Part shown: positions 56,264 to 64,000 of the stretch, one piece after another
Position numbering within the stretch: the stretch's first letter is position 1
Layout: every line of letters begins with the position of its first letter
IMG/VR virus record: IMGVR_UViG_3300008267_012518
DNA from: a virus
Direction: 5' to 3' (one strand)
Length of the DNA: 64,000 nt
The notes under the pieces: model-generated
The model's input: only the letters and a program-made list of their open reading frames with translations
Database searches by the model: none
What the model was told of the DNA's origin: nothing
Position numbers and translations under genes: made by a program

Positions 56264-59200
56264 ATGGCAATACAAAGTTCCTTTCCAAAAGTAGCTGATC
56301 AAATCATATCATTCAATAAAAATGTAATAGATTCTTTATCCAAAATAAACACACTTGTCACATCTTCGGATCCATCTGTGACTGTTAGTATTATAGATAC
56401 ATCGGGTGTTACCCGTCAATTCAATCTACCTACTGTTGGTTACTTGAAATCCGAAATTGATAGGTTGAATAACAACATCAACTCAATTTATTCGATAAAT
56501 GAAGCTGGTGCTTTGATCCAACCGGTCAACGGGACAAAATTTAAGAAAGTTGTTACTGTTGATTTAAATAAAGAACCAAATGACCTTGGTGATCTAAATT
56601 TAGTTACATTTTTCAAAAGTGGTAAAAACTGGTTTTTTGATTCTATGTTGAATCCACAGATTTTTATTGAACTTGATTTATCTAATAAAGTCGAAAATAA
56701 CGTCAGAAAAATTGTTTGTAGGAGATATATTCCAGAGTTTGAACGTGACGGGAATGGAAATTTGACAACAAATGGTCAAAAGGGATTGGATAGTTTCAAT
56801 CTTTTATTCAGAAATAAAAATGATTTTTCCTTAGAAGCTTATCTCACTTGGCATGAAACAACATCAGGTGTTCTTAAACCATTTAATCCAAATTATGATG
56901 AACAAATGTTTGATTTGGAACCAAACATAGTCGAATATGATGGTACTTTTACTGTTTTAAAAGTTGAGGAGGATACTTTAAATAAAAAACTATTTTATCA
57001 CTTAAATTCTTTGACATACGTCAAAAATCAGATGGGTCAAATGGGTGATATAATACAACAAGAAAAGGAATTAGTTGTTGGTGATGAAATGATAATCAAT
57101 ACACCAGCATCTTATACTAGATATAAAATCTTAGAAATTTCTAAGACAGCACAAAATCCAAGAGTGAGGTTTGAGAGAGTGGAGGGTAATCAACCCATCC
57201 CATCTGGTGTTGTAGGGGTTCTTAAGGTTTATTCTCCGGTTGTCTATAACAAAAGGGTTAGGGTAAGTGTCGGATTTGATGAGAGAAATACCATCTTCAT
57301 TAAAGCTCTAAACATGGATAACTATATTCTATCTAAAAATTGGAGTAGTGGTATCGGATTTTATACAAACGATTTGTATGAATTCGATACTAGACAGAGC
57401 TTACCCGACTATTATAATTCAACAATTAATGATTATGGTGAGGTCCTCAAAGATTTAGTTAAGAAAAAAACCCCTAACACCGCTGCTAGTAAGCCAAATT
57501 TTCCTGTTTTATCTGGTGGTGAATTCAAGGTGGTTCAGATCAATAAACATCAAACCGACTCACCGGATGCTTTGAGATTGAGAGATCTGAGTAATCAACA
57601 AAGGACACTCCAATCGGATATGCAACAATTATTAGCAGCAATCGATGATAAAAAGAAGCAAATAAGGTTGACAGCATTCGCGTCAGACGCTACGAGGTCA
57701 CAGTTTGAGAACGAGATCCAACTTTTGAATGGTAAATATGAAAGTAAGCAAAAATTAGCGACATCAATCAATATTCAAATATTAGCTTTGTCGAATTCAC
57801 TCTCTACTAAAATTGATCCTGTATACAGAATTCGAGGATTTTTCCCCCTTCCTGAACCAGCGATTAGACCAGGTGGAAAAGTTCAAGAAGTGGTACAATT
57901 CAAAGTACAATATAGATATCTTTCTAAAAGTGGACAAGAGTCTCCTATAGAAACGTTCAGATTAGATAGTGGGAACAATAATTCCGATTTAGCCGCCTTT
58001 TCAAACTGGAATGAGTATTTATCACCAGTTCGTAAAAGAACATTCAATAAATCAACAGGTGAATATACTTGGGACACTGAGGAGATTTCGAACCCAGATG
58101 TACCAAATATAAACCAAGTTGATATACCAATTAAGGTTAATGAAAAAGTTGAAATGAGAGTAAAGTCAATTTCTGAGGTTGGATATCCAGAGTCCCCAGT
58201 TGAATCCGATTGGAGTCAGTCCGTCACTGTGGAATTTCCCGACGAACTTGCGACAGTAGCTACTCAAAATGATACCATTCGGTCGGAAGCTCAGAAGGAA
58301 GAACTTCAAGTTGCGGTCAGAGGTGACTTATCAGCTTTGGGTGTGATTCAACACGTATCCGAACAAGTTTCGATTGGAACTACAACATATTATCATACTA
58401 CAGAGGGTATACTTTCTGGATTTAGAGACACAAACAATATTCCTATGGATTTGTTCACTTTCATGCAAAAACTTTTGGATAGAATTAAAGTCCTCGAAGA
58501 CAAAGTTAATAGAGTTGCGGGTGAACTTGAAGTTACTGTTATACGAAATAGTGAGATATTTATTGTTAAAAACGGATCTGAATTATCTTTCAACGTCGAG
58601 TGTGAAGATTATTTAGATTTTTATCAATCACCTGGTGTACCAAGTGGTCGAGTTTATACAAACAGTATATACGTTATAAAAGATTTCTTACTTAAAATAC
58701 GCAATAAATCAGTTGAAAGTAGTTTGGGTCTTTTATCCAATAGGGCTTACAATTCTAGTACAAATGGTGCTGTATATAGTGCTGCTGCTCCTCAAGTATT
58801 TTGGGTTGATCAGCAAGATCAACTTTTAGTTTCCAATATCTCAGGTATTACTAAATCACAATTAGATAACCAATTTATTTGGATGGTTAATTATGATGGA
58901 TTGAACCAGAACACAGTCATGAAATTGGCACAAAGCGTACCAAGTGATCTACTTTTGCAACAGAATAATTCAATAACAAAGGCTTTATCTTCAAATGAAT
59001 ACAATATTGGTTTTTCGGGTGTCTCTATTTTGAATTTTGTCGGTAATAATTTGTCACTTTTCGACAGATCCAAATGGATTGATGCATTCCCATCGAGCAC
59101 TTCGACTACAAAGTTATTGTCTACAATTCACCCAAGGGTCACAAATCTAGAACAGATACAAGAAACCAATGCTGACAAAGTTTATTACCTTGATGGTGGT

Positions 59201-59467
59201 GCCGAGAATGATATAGACATTCCACTCAACATATATTTTAAAATGAACGCTATGGATAATAGTAAGCCTGGTTTAAATTTCGAATATATCAATTTGAATG
59301 GTGTTAAAAGTACAGTGAAACACATTAAAAAAATAAAATTTCTATTGGAAAATGAGAGTGATAATAAACCATTTATTTTCACAATCAAATTTACATTAAA
59401 TAGAGCGAAATTAGTTGTTAAGAAAACAATCGAATCAACTCCATTCGCAACAACTGCTAACAGATAA
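56264..59467 (+). CDS. Large hypothetical protein (1067 aa) with central coiled coil and FN3-like segment; probably structural
   Basis: Coiled coil LRDLSNQQR...; FKVQYRY/VEMRVKSISEVG...ESDWS FN3-like pattern. Confidence 0.6.
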   Translation: MAIQSSFPKVADQIISFNKNVIDSLSKINTLVTSSDPSVTVSIIDTSGVTRQFNLPTVGYLKSEIDRLNNNINSIYSINEAGALIQPVNGTKFKKVVTVDLNKEPNDLGDLNLVTFFKSGKNWFFDSMLNPQIFIELDLSNKVENNVRKIVCRRYIPEFERDGNGNLTTNGQKGLDSFNLLFRNKNDFSLEAYLTWHETTSGVLKPFNPNYDEQMFDLEPNIVEYDGTFTVLKVEEDTLNKKLFYHLNSLTYVKNQMGQMGDIIQQEKELVVGDEMIINTPASYTRYKILEISKTAQNPRVRFERVEGNQPIPSGVVGVLKVYSPVVYNKRVRVSVGFDERNTIFIKALNMDNYILSKNWSSGIGFYTNDLYEFDTRQSLPDYYNSTINDYGEVLKDLVKKKTPNTAASKPNFPVLSGGEFKVVQINKHQTDSPDALRLRDLSNQQRTLQSDMQQLLAAIDDKKKQIRLTAFASDATRSQFENEIQLLNGKYESKQKLATSINIQILALSNSLSTKIDPVYRIRGFFPLPEPAIRPGGKVQEVVQFKVQYRYLSKSGQESPIETFRLDSGNNNSDLAAFSNWNEYLSPVRKRTFNKSTGEYTWDTEEISNPDVPNINQVDIPIKVNEKVEMRVKSISEVGYPESPVESDWSQSVTVEFPDELATVATQNDTIRSEAQKEELQVAVRGDLSALGVIQHVSEQVSIGTTTYYHTTEGILSGFRDTNNIPMDLFTFMQKLLDRIKVLEDKVNRVAGELEVTVIRNSEIFIVKNGSELSFNVECEDYLDFYQSPGVPSGRVYTNSIYVIKDFLLKIRNKSVESSLGLLSNRAYNSSTNGAVYSAAAPQVFWVDQQDQLLVSNISGITKSQLDNQFIWMVNYDGLNQNTVMKLAQSVPSDLLLQQNNSITKALSSNEYNIGFSGVSILNFVGNNLSLFDRSKWIDAFPSSTSTTKLLSTIHPRVTNLEQIQETNADKVYYLDGGAENDIDIPLNIYFKMNAMDNSKPGLNFEYINLNGVKSTVKHIKKIKFLLENESDNKPFIFTIKFTLNRAKLVVKKTIESTPFATTANR

Positions 59468-62400
59468 TGAAAAGTAGTGCAATATTAAGAACTAATGTGG
59501 GATTGACTACTAACGTGAAGTTAGTAGTTAGAAGTAACTATGGTCTTTATTTGGATTCTATTGTTTCTTCACCAGAATTATCCGAAAACAGATTCAAGAA
59601 ATTCCAGATAGATAAGGACACATTTTGGGAGGATATAGTTCCAGTCTTTTTTCAAAAGACTCCTGTTGATTTAGCATACAAAATAAAATATGATGGTGAT
59701 GTAGATAAGATGTCTACCGATTTTACTAGCCAATTTGATGACTTATATCAATATGGGGCTAGAAATATTGTAGATAATAAATTTTATAGTGAGGAATTCG
59801 AATATTTTGCTCCACTATACATAAGTAAAAATAGTCTACCTAAAAATTTCATCATATTCCGTGTTGATGGTCCTGGTATTATAAACCTAACCAAGGATAA
59901 TTTTAGATCAGAGATTCTGAATAAATTAAAAGTAGTAAAAAACTACGATTTAACACAAAAAAGTTATTTGGGTCAATGGATTAATAATAACATTACAAAT
60001 AATAGATTTTATCCCAATAATAGTTTATACATTGATTTCAGAAGACTTGAGTTTTCTACTTGGCGTGGTATAGATTATGAAAAGGGTGGGTATACCGAAA
60101 AAAACTTTCTTCTTGATAGTACACTTGAGTTTGAACTACCATATTATGAAATGGAAAAATTAATTTTGGAGGGTTATAAAAATAACAAAATTGTCTTTCC
60201 AAACATCATAAACTTCAGCTTTTTATTCGATGACACACCTGCTACACCCGATTCTCTTAGAAAGTGGTCGTTGAATAGATATTTGGGTTTCTATCTCGAT
60301 GAGATGAAATTGGTAGATTCTTTTTCACCGAATAAGTTACCAACTCTGAAATCGGATGTTAAAATAGATGATGAGAACATCCTTTCTAGTCCTAGTAGTC
60401 AATCCCCATTTCTAAATGAATGGGAAGTCAATGATTACCCATTCATAGAGGTAGATGGTGTTTACTATAGGTTGGAAAAATTCGAACAAGTCACATCGTC
60501 CGTAATTCAAAGAGTACAGAACACAAGAAATACCTACGAAGAACGCAGGGCTAGTAGTAATGTTATAAAATATAAAGTAATTTCAGACATATCACTATCG
60601 GGTAAATCATTTTCCGACATCAATAATAAATTGATAATCATAAATTCAGACAAGACCATAGGTCTCCAAAATGGAAACACATTTATGATTAATGACTTTG
60701 GAAATGCTGATGTGTGGTTGATTGAAATTGATAATTTTTTACACCACTTGGTATTTGAAGATGGTAAATATAGAATATTGACTGATTATGGGTTTAGACA
60801 ATCCGCTGAAAGATTTGATTATTACATAAATGGTATAAATTCTGATACATCTAAGAGCGTAAATTTAGTGACTAGTAAAGATTATGGTCCAGTGGAATTC
60901 AAAATCTACAAATGTAAATTTACTGACATCAAGGATTTTGATACAGATATTGTTGATACTACCTATTCCAAATATGAGTATATAAAGTCGGAAACTCTAA
61001 CTGATACCGATGAGCCAAAAATGTATGTACAGGATTTGGAATCAACTAATCAACCAAAAGATTACGTTCAGTTCAAATTACAAAATAAAGTTGTTACTAT
61101 ACCAACATCTTCCGAATATACTGCAAATTCTGAAACTTTTAGAATAGAAGACAATAACCTCACACAATTATGGAGAAAAAATTCTCAAAGATTGAAATGG
61201 GGGTTTGGGGGTTCTATATCATCCAATGATTATCCTTATTTACTTAATAATAGTATAATCTCCGAAGATTATAATAAATCTCCAAATACAAAAGATGTTA
61301 TACTACAACGAGAAAAAAGAAATCTAGACCACTTTTATACTATTAACTCTGATAGTAATCAATATTCTCATCACACCCTTCACATTGAAGATTGGTCTAA
61401 TGATAAATTGAATATTGATTTCAAATTTGAATTGGATAAATATCTAGGTATAGGATATAATTTGGATTACTTTTCCTACTTTTTTGGTAAAAAGACTTAT
61501 TTTGAGGAAGGTAAAGTTTCAAAGAGGACTGAGAAGTTTTCTTATTTTCAGAGTGGGGATGGATCAACTCCAAATATTACCCTATTCAAAGGATTGAAAT
61601 TCAGTATTTCTGAAATAGATAATATAAATATAGTTGATGGTAAAATTGAAAAGATCAATTTAAGAAATTCAAACAAATTCGAAAGTTGGAGGTTTTCTGT
61701 TTTGTTGTCAAACAATTCTCACTTGATAGTTGGATCTGATACTGATCCAACCAACCCGAACGTTATTAAATCTGAGACCGCACTCAAGTGGAGAGTTATT
61801 GATGAGTGGAAACACGATAAAGATTACTTCACCAACAGTTTGGTGTTGTACGAACAGACTTTGTACAAAAATACTGTTCATTCTAGGATAGTCGATCCGA
61901 TATACAATCCAAAGAATACCACAGATTGGCAACTCTATACAAATCCAACAATATTTTACAGCCCACTTTTTGACGGAACCTCAACAAAAAATAACATGGT
62001 AGGATTTGGAGCTACAATTCCACCACTGATTTACAATGATGGTCAATATTATTTTTCAAACCCTTTTAATAGTAATGATTTTTGGAATAGTTCTTTTACA
62101 TATTCGGATTTTGATGTGGTGACTTACAAAAATAAAAATTGGGTATCCCTTACATCTAGCAATATAACTATTCCAAGTGAAAACTCTGGTATCAATATTG
62201 GTGGTGAATTTTTTAGTACTTGGGAAGAGACAGGTGTGTCTGTGAGATGGAATCCAGTTAGTATTTGGAAATCTGATTTTGAATATGATGTATCTTCTTG
62301 GCAACAGAATTCTTTTGGGTTTGGTAATTATGTAATACACGATGACGTAGTTTATGGCAGCACATCGTCTCCAGTTTACGGTGTTCCACCACCACTTGAC

Positions 62401-63522
62401 AATAATTGGAGAAGAATTTATAGTCTTGAACCAGATACCTCGTATTTTTATGGACCATCAATATCCAATAATAATATTATTGAGATGAATGGTAAATATT
62501 ATGAGTGTGTTGGGAATAATTTTAACGGTAGTTTATCTTCTGATACTTTAATAAATTATTCTATCGATAATGGTATTTACATAGTAATCAATGAAAAATT
62601 CAAAAATGTTCTCATAAATATTTATGTGAATGACAATACTTATTCGGAAGTAAGTGAAATCTCACAAAGTGTGTGGGATGTGACAAGTAACAATGTCAAA
62701 AACACCAATAGGGATGATATTTACACTACTATATTTTCTAAGTTGTCCACGAATAATTTCATGAACTGTCTGAATGATTTGTCTAATAAATTTGGATTTA
62801 GTGACAACGTGAAATATGTTGTCGTGGGAGAAAGTGGTACAAAGTTGTATGATTTCAATAATCTAAAATCAGTTGTAAATTTACCATATCTATTGACATG
62901 CTCTGGACCAGATGAGTTATTAGTAAGAACTCGTTCCAACATATATCAACCAATTACACTAAAGGGATCTGAAATTAAATCTAAAAGAATATTAAATGAT
63001 TCGAATATAGAAAATTTATCCGAATTGAATTATTTTAATGAAATGCACTTAGCTTCCAAAATTTCAAAAAATGTTGAAAGTCCAATAATATTACCCAATT
63101 ATAGTGGATTGAAAAATCAAATTTATTACAGACTTTATAGATTTTCAGGATACTATGGTCCAATTTTGAGAAACATAGAACTCTTTGACTCACCTAGTCT
63201 GACTCAAAGCGAAACAAATTATAGATTTGACACAGAATTAACGAATTTTGGCATCGTCAAGGAAAGAATAGTTTCAAAGGTTAATAGGAAATCTAATTTA
63301 TTGAGATTTGCTAATCAAACTAACTTAAAATCAATATATCCCATGATAGATGAATTTGGGTATCATACTGTTGATTATTTTATGTTTAAGTCTACTTGGG
63401 ACCTTAATTATCACATTGAAACACAAGATTATGTTCCTGAATTACAGACAACACAATTAAAGCCAAATAACCAAGATCTAAGTTCAAAGGAATTCAGAAA
63501 TAATAACTCAAAATTACTATAA
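59467..63522 (+). CDS. Large hypothetical protein (1351 aa) with CBM5/12-like repeats; probably structural
   Basis: WKHDKDYFTNSLVLYEQTLY, SFTYSDFDVVTYKNKNW, WKSDFEY...YVIHDDVVY repeats. Confidence 0.6.
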   Translation: MKSSAILRTNVGLTTNVKLVVRSNYGLYLDSIVSSPELSENRFKKFQIDKDTFWEDIVPVFFQKTPVDLAYKIKYDGDVDKMSTDFTSQFDDLYQYGARNIVDNKFYSEEFEYFAPLYISKNSLPKNFIIFRVDGPGIINLTKDNFRSEILNKLKVVKNYDLTQKSYLGQWINNNITNNRFYPNNSLYIDFRRLEFSTWRGIDYEKGGYTEKNFLLDSTLEFELPYYEMEKLILEGYKNNKIVFPNIINFSFLFDDTPATPDSLRKWSLNRYLGFYLDEMKLVDSFSPNKLPTLKSDVKIDDENILSSPSSQSPFLNEWEVNDYPFIEVDGVYYRLEKFEQVTSSVIQRVQNTRNTYEERRASSNVIKYKVISDISLSGKSFSDINNKLIIINSDKTIGLQNGNTFMINDFGNADVWLIEIDNFLHHLVFEDGKYRILTDYGFRQSAERFDYYINGINSDTSKSVNLVTSKDYGPVEFKIYKCKFTDIKDFDTDIVDTTYSKYEYIKSETLTDTDEPKMYVQDLESTNQPKDYVQFKLQNKVVTIPTSSEYTANSETFRIEDNNLTQLWRKNSQRLKWGFGGSISSNDYPYLLNNSIISEDYNKSPNTKDVILQREKRNLDHFYTINSDSNQYSHHTLHIEDWSNDKLNIDFKFELDKYLGIGYNLDYFSYFFGKKTYFEEGKVSKRTEKFSYFQSGDGSTPNITLFKGLKFSISEIDNINIVDGKIEKINLRNSNKFESWRFSVLLSNNSHLIVGSDTDPTNPNVIKSETALKWRVIDEWKHDKDYFTNSLVLYEQTLYKNTVHSRIVDPIYNPKNTTDWQLYTNPTIFYSPLFDGTSTKNNMVGFGATIPPLIYNDGQYYFSNPFNSNDFWNSSFTYSDFDVVTYKNKNWVSLTSSNITIPSENSGINIGGEFFSTWEETGVSVRWNPVSIWKSDFEYDVSSWQQNSFGFGNYVIHDDVVYGSTSSPVYGVPPPLDNNWRRIYSLEPDTSYFYGPSISNNNIIEMNGKYYECVGNNFNGSLSSDTLINYSIDNGIYIVINEKFKNVLINIYVNDNTYSEVSEISQSVWDVTSNNVKNTNRDDIYTTIFSKLSTNNFMNCLNDLSNKFGFSDNVKYVVVGESGTKLYDFNNLKSVVNLPYLLTCSGPDELLVRTRSNIYQPITLKGSEIKSKRILNDSNIENLSELNYFNEMHLASKISKNVESPIILPNYSGLKNQIYYRLYRFSGYYGPILRNIELFDSPSLTQSETNYRFDTELTNFGIVKERIVSKVNRKSNLLRFANQTNLKSIYPMIDEFGYHTVDYFMFKSTWDLNYHIETQDYVPELQTTQLKPNNQDLSSKEFRNNNSKLL

Positions 63523-63525
63523 TAT

Positions 63526-64000
63526 ATGAGAAGAACTTTTATAAGTCCGGAATTCAAATATGTTTCTGTATACGGAACACTAAATATGGAGGAAGAAAGT
63601 TCTTTTTTTGGATCCAAAATGCTCGAAATAGAAGATTTAATTACCATCGGTAATGAAAGTATATTATTCTATCAAAATGAAAAGGGGGAACAAATAGACT
63701 TTGAAAAGGAATATGATGCACCACCTATCATATATAATTCCAATGCAGACAAACAAAAATTACATACTTTGGTATTGGATGAATTTCAAACACAAATAGA
63801 AAAGAATAATTATACTAAATGGAAACTCACAATAAGTATACGGTCACTTTTGAAAAATTACCTATTCGCTACTTTAAAAAAATATAGAACTTTTGAGGGA
63901 GTATCCAATGAAATGACCTATAACAGAAATGTTGATTTTTCAATAAATGAGTATATACAGAGGAATGTAATAAATAGGTACAAGTTTACAGGTGTGGATT
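63526..64000 (+). CDS. Hypothetical protein truncated at right edge; not in ORF track
   Basis: ATG 63526 open to the end: MRRTFISPEFKYVSVYGTLNMEEESSFFGSKMLEIED...; TAATATAT motif overlaps the upstream stop. Confidence 0.8.
   Translation, partial: MRRTFISPEFKYVSVYGTLNMEEESSFFGSKMLEIEDLITIGNESILFYQNEKGEQIDFEKEYDAPPIIYNSNADKQKLHTLVLDEFQTQIEKNNYTKWKLTISIRSLLKNYLFATLKKYRTFEGVSNEMTYNRNVDFSINEYIQRNVINRYKFTGVD

Noticed and set aside
3019-63647. Numerous 60-200 aa antisense or alternative-frame ORFs in the track (e.g. 38521..39114, 21319..21663, 53724..54077)
   Set aside because: Fully nested within well-supported genes, with no motifs or promoters; shadow ORFs
1-64000. Stop-codon reassignment (TAG or TGA recoding) as in some huge phages
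   Set aside because: TAG ends complete proteins (2H enzyme 7662, ClpC 37029) and TGA does too (18876, 33230, 40738); conserved enzymes are uninterrupted in code 11
1-64000. tRNA, rRNA or structured ncRNA genes, introns and inteins
   Set aside because: Intergenic gaps are under about 150 nt with no cloverleaf or T-loop signature seen, and conserved enzymes show no insertions; tRNAscan or Infernal would be needed to exclude them formally

Overview
AT-rich, densely coding 64-kb fragment of a very large tailed-phage genome with T4-like modules: a gp32-like SSB, a gp3-like tail terminator, a gp14-like neck domain and collagen-like fibre proteins. It uses the standard genetic code. A Bacteroidota host is inferred from TAnnTTTG promoters, A-rich SD-less starts and Bacteroidota-like accessory genes. 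The centre (12.8-37.0 kb) is a 29-gene glycan-biosynthesis locus. It holds a candidate NDP-heptose pathway with its own transaldolase, glf, a dehydratase/reductase pair, about 10 GT-like proteins, 4 methyltransferases, a deacetylase and a formyltransferase. Its distal end is an unexplained module of a RuBisCO-like protein (form IV, non-carboxylating), a GDPD-like enzyme, a cupin and two [SGQxR protein + nucleotidyltransferase] pairs. Other genes include an Acb1-like 2H phosphodiesterase, a ClpC lacking its N-domain, deoxyhypusine synthase, a catalytic-domain-only Asp/Asn-tRNA-synthetase paralogue, a secreted metzincin with 8 FN3-like repeats, an OM beta-barrel and an ECF sigma factor. Three promoter classes are readable, including a recurring AAACTT-N15/16-TATAAA element that also precedes the phage sigma gene. 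Two truncated ORFs at the window edges are absent from the ORF track. All family calls are motif recognition by eye; no database searches were run.
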